This document shows positions 20,115 through 28,765 of a stretch of DNA of 64,000 bases, in pieces. Every line of letters starts with the position of its first letter. Within the stretch, counting starts at the first letter, position 1. The notes beneath the pieces are model-generated. The model was given only the letters and a program-made list of their open reading frames with translations. It ran no database searches and was not told the DNA's origin. Origin of the DNA: a virus. The translations under genes and the position numbers were made by a program. The DNA lies in IMG/VR virus record IMGVR_UViG_3300013014_001014, positions 4,785-68,784 of that record. One strand, given 5' to 3'.

Positions 20115-20796
20115 TTTTTGACAGAAGTTTTTTTGTTTTTTTCCAACCCCTCTGTTTATTGTGATCTACCCAACAAAAATTTACAATTTTACATATAGCG
20201 CCTTTTTCACAATTTTCTATAAATTGACCTTCTTGGCCGCCCCAAATACCATCTCCTTCGTTGTACTTATTATTTTTATTAAAATAACATATATCATTAA
20301 ATTTATATTTATGATAGTGTTCTTTTGTAAAACCAAACATAAATCCGCCTATATTTCTAGTTAGTTGAACGCCTTCTTTTGGACCATTGCTAAATTGATT
20401 ATCAACAAAAACACCGTTAGTTAGAGGACTATATATAGTATTTATACTTTTGGCGTCAGTATTAATATGATCGATGAATTTGTTTACACTATTATTGAAA
20501 ATGATATCATCATTAGTATTGATTATGATATCACATCCATCATTTATAGCATTATAAATACATTGATTCCAAGCTCCTGTAATTCCTTCTATCGACTGAT
20601 CTTCAATTTTAGAATATTTGACATTTGAATAGGTTAGTATGTTAGACGGATATTGACTTGCATTATCAATAACGTATATTATTTTATCGCATATAATAAC
20701 ATCATTTATTGAATTTACTAATTTTTTTATAAATATATCTCCATCTGGTCTAAGTTCATCTGACCAGTGCATAGCAACTGTAATTCCTATTTTCAT
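20086..20796 (-). CDS. GT2-like glycosyltransferase
   Basis: IDNAS, AWNQ, NTNDDI, WGGQE. Confidence 0.7.
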   Translation of the reverse strand: MKIGITVAMHWSDELRPDGDIFIKKLVNSINDVIICDKIIYVIDNASQYPSNILTYSNVKYSKIEDQSIEGITGAWNQCIYNAINDGCDIIINTNDDIIFNNSVNKFIDHINTDAKSINTIYSPLTNGVFVDNQFSNGPKEGVQLTRNIGGFMFGFTKEHYHKYKFNDICYFNKNNKYNEGDGIWGGQEGQFIENCEKGAICKIVNFCWVDHNKQRGWKKTKKLLSKNENISNKSV

Positions 20797-21827
20797 TCTA
20801 TTGTAACCGTGTTTATATTTTTAAATATATTGTAATAATACAAAACCAGTTTATTTAAATCATACAATTCATTAAATTTGTTTCTCATGTTCTCTACATA
20901 AAATTTTTGTAAATTAGAAAAATCGGAAAGAACATAGTCTATTTTTTCATTGAGATCTGAAAAATCGTGTTTGCATGGAACATATGTCTGATAAGGTACG
21001 TATAAATTTGGTATTGTTTCAACATGTGACATGTCTGGTTTAATTAGTACTGATCCAAACATAGCCGATTCTAAATCTCTCGGCGCAATTTCACCAAATC
21101 CAAATGGAGCTAATATTATTTTAGAATTTGACATTCTATCGTAATATTGATTTGTGGGTAGTCTAACTCCTTTTTCTAATTTTGTAACATTAAACTTGTT
21201 ACTCAAATTATCTAATAAATTTTTTCTGAAGAAGTTGTAATGAGTCGATTGATTTAAATTATGTTCATATACATCTTTATGTGGGTACATAAACATTGCG
21301 GACACATCAAACTGCTTATTGTTAATATAATTTAACCACTGTGGTTGCATTGTAGATAACCAGTTAAACCCAGATAGTTTTATTTTATCAAATAAATCTA
21401 AATTTGGTAAAGCATATTCGCCTGATCCCCAATAAGATCTTCCATTTGCATATTTTTTTAAATATTCTGTTTTGTCTTTATAAAGAGTAGGTTTCAATAA
21501 ACCAATCGCTGTTGATTGTGAAAAAACTTCATATGATCCAATTAACGTAGCCGCATCTTGTCCGTCAAATAAAAAATAAGGTTCTTTTATTGTTTTTAAA
21601 AACTCAATGCCTATTGACACAGACTCATCAAGCGATACTTTTTTGTTTACAAAACTTGCATGTCCCACAAACGCAAAATCAGCGTCACCATCTTTTACAA
21701 ATTCTATGCCTACTTCTCTGAATATTTCATGCGCAAATAACAACGGACGAAAAGTAGTTTCGTTGCGATGTTTTTCTAACTCATATATTTTTACTTTAAC
21801 CATTAAATTTTTTATTTTTCTATACAA
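20793..21827 (-). CDS. GT-B glycosyltransferase-like protein
   Basis: SKIILAPFGFGEIAPRDLE, LIKPDMSH. Confidence 0.7.
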   Translation of the reverse strand: MYRKIKNLMVKVKIYELEKHRNETTFRPLLFAHEIFREVGIEFVKDGDADFAFVGHASFVNKKVSLDESVSIGIEFLKTIKEPYFLFDGQDAATLIGSYEVFSQSTAIGLLKPTLYKDKTEYLKKYANGRSYWGSGEYALPNLDLFDKIKLSGFNWLSTMQPQWLNYINNKQFDVSAMFMYPHKDVYEHNLNQSTHYNFFRKNLLDNLSNKFNVTKLEKGVRLPTNQYYDRMSNSKIILAPFGFGEIAPRDLESAMFGSVLIKPDMSHVETIPNLYVPYQTYVPCKHDFSDLNEKIDYVLSDFSNLQKFYVENMRNKFNELYDLNKLVLYYYNIFKNINTVTIE

Positions 21828-22390
21828 ATAACACCTTCATAATCAAATAGGGGCCGCGTGAAATTAGATTTTGGTTCGTGTCCAATATATCTTACTATTT
21901 CTATTTTATCATGTTGAATTAGATCAGTTATTGCTTGTTTGATTTCTGGAAATGCCCCATAGTCATCGTAAATAAAATGTTTTTTGTCACTTGATTGGAA
22001 GTTTAAAGATCTAATAGTGTCATTAATAACAGCGTCATATGTATGTTCAGCGTCAACTAAAAATACATCTCCATAGTTTGTAGGAAAAGTTGTTTTATAA
22101 ACATCTTGCGCATAAAATTTAACATTGGGTCTATCGAAATTAAAATTTCTGGCCACATCAACATTTTCCAAATTAAATCCTATTACGTCTTTGAAAAGAT
22201 AACTTAATACACGGGTTGTATATCCAATGTTAGACCCAATCTCCAGACAAGTTTTATTTTTAAATTCCTCTTTATTAAAGAATTCAAATAACTCACGTTT
22301 AAACTTGTGGCTGGTAGTAGTTTTATGTTGAAACTTATCAGGAATATTAATTAGTATTTCATCTATAGACATATCAAAATAATTTTTCAT
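21812..22390 (-). CDS. class I SAM methyltransferase
   Basis: LEIGSNIG, VDAEHTY, YDDYG. Confidence 0.75.
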   Translation of the reverse strand: MKNYFDMSIDEILINIPDKFQHKTTTSHKFKRELFEFFNKEEFKNKTCLEIGSNIGYTTRVLSYLFKDVIGFNLENVDVARNFNFDRPNVKFYAQDVYKTTFPTNYGDVFLVDAEHTYDAVINDTIRSLNFQSSDKKHFIYDDYGAFPEIKQAITDLIQHDKIEIVRYIGHEPKSNFTRPLFDYEGVICIEK

Positions 22391-23043
22391 TTAACCGCAT
22401 ATCCTTTATTTTCATCCTCTGTAAAAAGTTTATTGTAATTTAAATTAGTCTGTCTTTGTTTTTCAATTGTTTTTTCGTGAATAATTGCATAATCTTTTTG
22501 CGGAGGTATAAATACATAACTTTTGAAGCCTTCTACTTTTTCATGTAATCTTCTTTCGTACCTAATGTGTGACAAATTACGATACAATCTGGATTGATAA
22601 TCTGGGAAATTAATCATACCGTCATATAATCTCCATCCCCACATATTGATGTCTTGTTCAGTTACCCCAACAAAATAATTTAAACGTGGTAACCATAATA
22701 CTTCATTGTTATTATTCGATTCAATTATTAAATCTATATTCTCTATCAATCCATCAGTTGGAACTTCATCAGCATCTAGTTGAAAGATCCATTCACCTTT
22801 ACATACTTCTATACCATAGTTTTTATGTGCGCCATAATTTTTATCTAACTTATGTTGTTGGAAATTTACTTTTTCTTTAAATTTTTGTATAATCTCCAGA
22901 GTTTTTGGATTATCCGAATAATCATCAAGAAGAACAATTTCATGGTTATCTTTTTTATATTCTATTAACGTGGATAGTAATTTTTCTAAACTATCAGTTT
23001 CGTTATGACAAGTTACTAAGTAAGATAAAAACATATCAAACAA
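22387..23043 (-). CDS. GT2 family glycosyltransferase
   Basis: DDYSD, QLDADE, FPDYQSR, LHE. Confidence 0.85.
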   Translation of the reverse strand: MFDMFLSYLVTCHNETDSLEKLLSTLIEYKKDNHEIVLLDDYSDNPKTLEIIQKFKEKVNFQQHKLDKNYGAHKNYGIEVCKGEWIFQLDADEVPTDGLIENIDLIIESNNNNEVLWLPRLNYFVGVTEQDINMWGWRLYDGMINFPDYQSRLYRNLSHIRYERRLHEKVEGFKSYVFIPPQKDYAIIHEKTIEKQRQTNLNYNKLFTEDENKGYAVK

Positions 23044-24367
23044 TTTTTAGTTTAGGTAGAATAATTTTATTTTCAGTATTACCAGCTGGTTTTAATTTAG
23101 GCAGTACAAACTGATTCTCTACTGCAAACGAAGGTACATACTTATCTAACAAGTCCCACAGACGTTTATCCATAGCAGTAATACTAAACTTCTCTGTATT
23201 TTCTTTACGTAGAAGTTCTGCGTTTTTAGTAAACTTGTCACTTTTGCGTGCAAAATAAACTTGTTTCATTTTATCTTCAGCGAGTGAATATGATACTTTA
23301 AACCATTTACTTTCTTTAATAATCCACTGGTTAACTGATTTTCTATCAATGTCTACAAGATTACCTGGTAATAAATTTGACAACGTTGGATTTAAATAAT
23401 CTAAATGTCCACTCCAATTAGAAACCAATAGAGGTTTTCCACTTAATGTGGATAATAAAAGGGGATGACCATATCCTTCGCCGTGTGTAAATGATATATG
23501 TGATATAATCTTTTCATGATTTAATAACGCATTCATTTCCGGTTCACTTAATTCACCGTGCAAAAGATAAACATTTGGCGCATTTTCTCCAATTTCATCT
23601 CGTACTTTTTTAATTTTTGATAGAATTTCAAATCTATCCACAGTAGAATATGAAGCTCCACTTGTTTTTACAATTAAACACGGTCTATCATTTGAATTGT
23701 TATTTTTAAATGCCGTACAGAATGTTTTTATTAAGTTGCCAATGTCTTTACGATCATTATATATTCCCCCATGTGTCCACTGGCCGACAAATAAAAATGC
23801 AGAGGATTCTTTAATTTGTGATAAAGCGAGTTCAACCGAATCAATTTTCTCATCTGTTTTCTTAAAGATATTTGTATCGGCTCCCCAAAAACATACTTCG
23901 ATTGGTTTTTCAACTTGAACAGGAACTTGTTGTCCATTTTCGAGTTGTTTTGCCATTTTGACTTCCGTAAATGTTTTCTTGACATGATTTGATAGACCGA
24001 TTGTTAAGTCCATTTTATTAACACCTTCTATCCAACTGCCTGGCGGAATGGTAGTTTCGATACCAGCTGTCATACCGATGTTGTATTTACCCACTGCTTG
24101 AAATTCTTCTGGAATTGTCAACTGCACGAATACGTCTGGCTGTTTATTTAGATTTCCTTGTAAAAATTTACTAGCTAGACTCTTATCTTCTGGATCAGTT
24201 AAATCGTCAAGAAAACGTTTGCTTTGACAATTGCCCCACCTAGTAGGTGCTATTTTAACATCAAATTTATCATAACGAATGATGCTTTTAGCAATAGATG
24301 TGGCCCAATCGCCATATCCACTGCGATTAAATACTGGTCCTGAAATTAGACATAATGGTTTGTTCAT
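23036..24367 (-). CDS. GT4-like (GT-B) glycosyltransferase
   Basis: SGYG, AGIET, RKD, GEGYG. Confidence 0.8.
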   Translation of the reverse strand: MNKPLCLISGPVFNRSGYGDWATSIAKSIIRYDKFDVKIAPTRWGNCQSKRFLDDLTDPEDKSLASKFLQGNLNKQPDVFVQLTIPEEFQAVGKYNIGMTAGIETTIPPGSWIEGVNKMDLTIGLSNHVKKTFTEVKMAKQLENGQQVPVQVEKPIEVCFWGADTNIFKKTDEKIDSVELALSQIKESSAFLFVGQWTHGGIYNDRKDIGNLIKTFCTAFKNNNSNDRPCLIVKTSGASYSTVDRFEILSKIKKVRDEIGENAPNVYLLHGELSEPEMNALLNHEKIISHISFTHGEGYGHPLLLSTLSGKPLLVSNWSGHLDYLNPTLSNLLPGNLVDIDRKSVNQWIIKESKWFKVSYSLAEDKMKQVYFARKSDKFTKNAELLRKENTEKFSITAMDKRLWDLLDKYVPSFAVENQFVLPKLKPAGNTENKIILPKLKIV

Positions 24368-24368
24368 A

Positions 24369-25061
24369 TTATTGATTAAATTGTTTTGTATCTCTTTCTT
24401 GTACCAATTGTGTGTATTTTTTATTTGGTGTAGGTACTCCTCCCAAACTAGTATATAGTGCTTCCATTTTACTCATTTGAACTTGGGCTATTTCGGATCT
24501 TTCTCCTTTTTTAACATCCGTACTACCGAATCCACCTTCGCCTCTATCTGTAGAATCCAATTCATTTACCAAAACAAATTTTACATCTTCTACCGTGCTT
24601 ACTTTGAGTTGACAAACTTTATCACCTTTCTTATAAAGTTTATCTGAATTTACAGTTCCTTCAATTAGATTATCGGTTCTAATTTTGTAATCTTCTGGTT
24701 GCCATTGATATTTAAAACGCAGTAATACTTCTCCACGATAATCAGCGTCAATCAATCCAACACAATTAGCTAATGTTAAATTGTATTTACTAACACTACT
24801 ACGAGGAAATGCTAAAATATCATAGTCGATATCAGTATAACCGAATCCACTATATACGCGTTCATTCTGTACAGCTAATTTAAGATTAGTTTTATATTGA
24901 ATGTAATCTATTCGTTTATATGTACCATTATCATGTAGTTCTCCAACAATTTCTGGATCACTTGTAGCAACTACATCAAAACCAGTAGCTCTATCAGTAG
25001 CTTTTTTTGGTAAGTTTTCAACGTCTTGATAATCTTCGTTTTTTAATACTTGAATTTTCAT
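24369..25061 (-). CDS. dut: trimeric dUTPase with insertions and a C-terminal tail
   Basis: GFDV, RSS, GLIDADYRGE, RGEGGFGST. Confidence 0.9.
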   Translation of the reverse strand: MKIQVLKNEDYQDVENLPKKATDRATGFDVVATSDPEIVGELHDNGTYKRIDYIQYKTNLKLAVQNERVYSGFGYTDIDYDILAFPRSSVSKYNLTLANCVGLIDADYRGEVLLRFKYQWQPEDYKIRTDNLIEGTVNSDKLYKKGDKVCQLKVSTVEDVKFVLVNELDSTDRGEGGFGSTDVKKGERSEIAQVQMSKMEALYTSLGGVPTPNKKYTQLVQERDTKQFNQ

Positions 25062-26023
25062 GAAATGGTTTGTTTAATAGCTTCCAAATTTACAGCGTGT
25101 AAATCAAATCCTAGTTTATCGTTAGGTAATGATTTAATATCATAACCATGGTTGGTAAAGATGTCAAATGATTTAACTGGGGTAAAATTATTTAATGTGA
25201 AATCCATAGCTTTAATAAATTGATCGCACATGTTTTTACTGTTGATTCCTCCTTCATTCATTGCCCATTTACGACCTTCCATGCCATATTGCTCACGCTT
25301 TTCACTATTATGTAAATACCAATAAGCAATAGCATCTGCAATGTCTGTATAACTAACTAAATCATCCATGATATATGGAGTGGGAGGACTGCCTTGTAAA
25401 TTTTGTACTTTGGTCCAAACTGGCTTAGCCCAAACGCCATGTTTCTTATATCTACCAGTAGTATTGGTACCAAATTCAAGATTAAATTCAACTGGTTTAT
25501 CATCATCTGTAACAATTCCCAATTGATCTTGTAGACCGCCTGTTACTGTGGCAATAACTGGAGTACCACACATAATGCTTTCAGCGATACTTAGACCAAA
25601 TCCTTCATTGGAACTAACATTGGCGGTAACATCAGCCAGATTATAGAATGCTACCATTTCTTCTGGCGATCTACGAGACTCGTCTAATACTACTTTATAC
25701 TCTGGACACACCGCTTGAATCGTAGCTACAAGATCAGTACCAGCTTCACACACTTTATCGGTATGCATAATTAAAGCGCATTTTTTAGCTTGTTCTTGAT
25801 CAATAGAAGTACAAAATGATTTAAATGCTAAAATTAGATTTGCTGGATGTTTACGATGTGCATTTCTACTATTAAATGCTACAATAAAATTGTACTCGTC
25901 GTTACCAAGCAATTCTTTCTTCAACTTTTCAACTGAAGAATCTCTTTTTGGAAGTGGTTTAAATTCGTCACTGTTAATACCATGTGGTACCAAGTGTAAT
26001 AGATGTTTTCCTTTTACTGGCAT
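25058..26023 (-). CDS. GT4-like glycosyltransferase, C-terminal domain
   Basis: PHGIN, RKH, SNEGFGLSIAESIMCGTPVIAT. Confidence 0.8.
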   Translation of the reverse strand: MPVKGKHLLHLVPHGINSDEFKPLPKRDSSVEKLKKELLGNDEYNFIVAFNSRNAHRKHPANLILAFKSFCTSIDQEQAKKCALIMHTDKVCEAGTDLVATIQAVCPEYKVVLDESRRSPEEMVAFYNLADVTANVSSNEGFGLSIAESIMCGTPVIATVTGGLQDQLGIVTDDDKPVEFNLEFGTNTTGRYKKHGVWAKPVWTKVQNLQGSPPTPYIMDDLVSYTDIADAIAYWYLHNSEKREQYGMEGRKWAMNEGGINSKNMCDQFIKAMDFTLNNFTPVKSFDIFTNHGYDIKSLPNDKLGFDLHAVNLEAIKQTIS

Positions 26024-26024
26024 A

Positions 26025-26576
26025 TTAAACGTTCTCCTTTATTATATTTCCATTATTGTCAAAATCACCGTAGATACTAGTACAATTTTCCGGTCCTAGT
26101 ACCCATTTATTAATATTATCTGTTTGTTTGCTAATAGCAAATAAAGCGTCACAACTTTTATAGAATGGTTTATTCCACATTGGATATGGTAAATCATCCC
26201 AGATATCCAGGTAAGTTAGTGGGATTTTACTACGAATTTGATGTTCGATATTATACAACCATCCCCAGAAACGAGGATCTGTAAAATGTAAAATTGCATC
26301 TGGTTTTTCTAGAGCTATAATCTGATATAGAACATCTTCATCGCCATAACCATCAACTGGATATAGTCTCAAATAGTTATCGGTTCTATTATTTAGTTTA
26401 TCACAAGCGTCTTTCATATCTACAACTTTACCAGCTTCTGGATGTTTAATAGCACCAGCAATTTGCACCCAATCATAACTATGAAGTGTGCCTAATACCA
26501 ATTCACGACTCATTGTAGCTACGCCGCTATGCATTCTTAGATCGTCACTTAATAATAATATTTTTTTCTTTTTCAT
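26025..26576 (-). CDS. GT4-like glycosyltransferase, N-terminal domain
   Basis: KILLLSDD..SGVAT, EKPDAIL, CDALFAISK. Confidence 0.75.
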   Translation of the reverse strand: MKKKKILLLSDDLRMHSGVATMSRELVLGTLHSYDWVQIAGAIKHPEAGKVVDMKDACDKLNNRTDNYLRLYPVDGYGDEDVLYQIIALEKPDAILHFTDPRFWGWLYNIEHQIRSKIPLTYLDIWDDLPYPMWNKPFYKSCDALFAISKQTDNINKWVLGPENCTSIYGDFDNNGNIIKENV

Positions 26577-26788
26577 TTAGATTCCTTTGATAATGAAAAT
26601 GGAGCGTTAAAACTTAACTTTGTATTAATACTTTCACTAATTTCTGATTGAAAGTTAGAATCTGATAAATACCTCTCAAGACATTTATTAACGAAGTCTT
26701 GAAATGATACTTTACCTCTTATATTCAGTTCTTTAAACTGATTATATAATTCTTGGTTAAGCTTTACTGTTGTAACAAATTGATCCAT
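26573..26788 (-). CDS. ribbon-helix-helix DNA-binding protein; likely start MDQFVTTVKL
   Basis: Strand VTTVKL, helix QELYNQFKELN, turn, helix SFQDFVNKCLERYL. Confidence 0.65.
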   Translation of the reverse strand: MDQFVTTVKLNQELYNQFKELNIRGKVSFQDFVNKCLERYLSDSNFQSEISESINTKLSFNAPFSLSKESK

Positions 26789-26792
26789 AACA

Positions 26793-26818
26793 TATGTACA
26801 TATATATGTATGTACATA
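26793..26818. promoter_or_regulatory. tandem palindromic operator candidates
   Basis: TATGTACATA at 26793-26802 and 26809-26818, directly upstream of the RHH start. Confidence 0.6.
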
Positions 26819-26831
26819 TATCACATATTAA

Positions 26832-27722
26832 TTATAATTTTGTAGCTTTACCATCACAGATTTTTTTATAATGTGTGCAGTATTTGCAATGTTTTTTACC
26901 ATTACCTGGAACTTTTATATATTGATTATTTTCATTATAAGTTCCATCTGAATTGAATCCAAAATCTAGAAATTCAATAAAACTATGAATGCTTTCTTTA
27001 ATTGCCGTGGGACCAGCATTTGGCTTGAATATTTGAATTCGACTTTGTGGAAAGCTAACATTTTCATATAGTTTACGTTTTACGATGAAGAATTCCACTT
27101 CGATGTTATTTAATGGTACATTAAACTTTTTGCTGTAAACACTTTTGTATAGATGTAATTGTGCAAGTTTACTTACGTCTTCTTTCATGTAACTATTCCA
27201 TCCACTGCTAGATGTCTTAAAATCAATAATTTTATAGTATTCTTTATTTTTCTCTTTTAAGACAATGTCAATGAAACCAACAAATTCAACATTATTTTTA
27301 ATCGGCATCTCTAATGGAATTTCAATACCAACTAGTTCATAATCTTTAGTAGAAAAGTATTTAAGTCTATTAGCTGATTTACAAAATGTATCGACGATAT
27401 CATTGCCATCGAAAATAAAATCGGTAAACTCTTCTTCTTTTACATCTTTTACTTTTTTAATTTCTTCATTGAACTTATCTAAGAATAGTTTCTTTACATC
27501 TAATGCATCAGCAATGCCTACACCTTCGTTATAGAGCGAAGTAAGATATGTTTGAAATGCATGATGGATAGAAGTACCAAATGTGGTATTGATATTGTCA
27601 TCTTTTACTCGGAGATTCTTGACATAATCCAGATACCATTTTTGTGGGCATTTTAAAAATGTAGAATATTGACTGAAGCTGACTCGTTTCTTTTTTATTT
27701 CTTTGATTTCTTCATTTGACAT
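26832..27722 (-). CDS. PD-(D/E)XK nuclease, Cas4/AddB-like with four-Cys Fe-S staple pattern
   Basis: SFSQ..KCP, GFID, IDFKT, QLHLY, CKYC...C. Confidence 0.85.
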   Translation of the reverse strand: MSNEEIKEIKKKRVSFSQYSTFLKCPQKWYLDYVKNLRVKDDNINTTFGTSIHHAFQTYLTSLYNEGVGIADALDVKKLFLDKFNEEIKKVKDVKEEEFTDFIFDGNDIVDTFCKSANRLKYFSTKDYELVGIEIPLEMPIKNNVEFVGFIDIVLKEKNKEYYKIIDFKTSSSGWNSYMKEDVSKLAQLHLYKSVYSKKFNVPLNNIEVEFFIVKRKLYENVSFPQSRIQIFKPNAGPTAIKESIHSFIEFLDFGFNSDGTYNENNQYIKVPGNGKKHCKYCTHYKKICDGKATKL

Positions 27723-27728
27723 TCTATC

Positions 27729-27756
27729 ATCTTAATGTATAATTAATAAAAGTCAA
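27729..27756 (-). promoter_or_regulatory. sigma70-type promoter, leaderless transcript
   Basis: Minus strand TTGACT-16 bp-TAAGAT; ATG (27722) 6 nt after the -10. Confidence 0.65.
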
Positions 27757-27779
27757 CTTAAAAAAACTATATATTGTAT

Positions 27780-28511
27780 ATGAAGAAACTTCTAATTGCT
27801 CTATTGACAACATTTAATCTACACGCAAATGATCTATTTTTATATGATAAAAACAACGATGTAGAATTAAACGAGGTTATTAATAATAAATTAAACGTAT
27901 TACCAACAATAATAGGTAAAACGTATACTATTACTAATAGTCTCAATATAAACACAACTAACTCTAGTGTGTCATATATATTACCATATCGTATTGCAGT
28001 GTATCATAAAGAAAACACGTCTACGTACTTCAATCAAACAAGTACTGAGTATGTTAATGATTTTAAATTGCCAGAGGTAGTTAAAGTAAAAGATGCAATG
28101 TTCAACTTTACAGTAAATGGCGAACTATATTGTGTTAGTGAAAGTACCAATATCAATACATTACTCACTACGTTATGTAGTGTAGCATTTGGTCAATCTA
28201 CATTCTTTGTTAAATCTAACGAAAAGTTCACACATTTGTACGTAGTTAGTGGTACTGTGACAGCTTTGGATAATAAGTCTAAGAAGAAGAAAGAATTAAA
28301 ATCAGGCGACTATTTGGTGGTTACCCCACAGATAATCATGAACGCTAGAGAAGCTAGTGTTACAAGATTGGGTAATAGTTTTAGTGTCAAAGAAGTGGAA
28401 GACGAAGAAAAAGAATTTCACTCCAAAGATCTTGATGTATTAAAATCCAAATTGGACAACACGTTATTTGTAAATCTCGGTCAAAATATTTTTGGATTTA
28501 AATTAAAATGA
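27780..28511 (+). CDS. exported FecR-like beta-rich protein
   Basis: Signal peptide MKKLLIALLTTFNLHA; THLYVVSGTV..ELKSG pattern. Confidence 0.55.
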   Translation: MKKLLIALLTTFNLHANDLFLYDKNNDVELNEVINNKLNVLPTIIGKTYTITNSLNINTTNSSVSYILPYRIAVYHKENTSTYFNQTSTEYVNDFKLPEVVKVKDAMFNFTVNGELYCVSESTNINTLLTTLCSVAFGQSTFFVKSNEKFTHLYVVSGTVTALDNKSKKKKELKSGDYLVVTPQIIMNAREASVTRLGNSFSVKEVEDEEKEFHSKDLDVLKSKLDNTLFVNLGQNIFGFKLK

Positions 28512-28735
28512 AATTAGATCATCTAGACTCGCTCACTGAAGACGAATTGGCAATGTTATGGTATTGTATAAATAAAACTGAACCACCTGTGTTAAATGGT
28601 ATTGAATTGGAGCCTGAGGTATTTACATCCATTAAACACAAAAAGTTAATGGATCGATTGTTACAATGTGGACAACATGTAAAAGAAGAATATCATTCAG
28701 TTTTTGCTGGACTTATCAATAAGTTGAAGGTATAA
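28508..28735 (+). CDS. hypothetical protein
   Basis: ATGA-coupled ORF, 75 aa. Confidence 0.65.
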   Translation: MKLDHLDSLTEDELAMLWYCINKTEPPVLNGIELEPEVFTSIKHKKLMDRLLQCGQHVKEEYHSVFAGLINKLKV

Positions 28736-28760
28736 TTCTAAGACAGACTAAAAAAGGAGG
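28708..28760 (+). promoter_or_regulatory. polymerase promoter and Shine-Dalgarno
   Basis: TGGACT(28708-13)-17 bp-TATAAT(28731-36); AGGAGG at 28755-60. Confidence 0.7.
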
Positions 28761-28765
28761 CAATT

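Noticed and set aside
3492-26576. Bacterial capsule/O-antigen locus rather than phage DNA
   Set aside because: No wzx/wzy/ABC export genes or housekeeping context; interleaved with T4-like replisome and virion-type genes
26832-27722. Cas4 as part of a CRISPR-Cas system
   Set aside because: No cas1/cas2 or array nearby; stand-alone Cas4-like nucleases are common in phages
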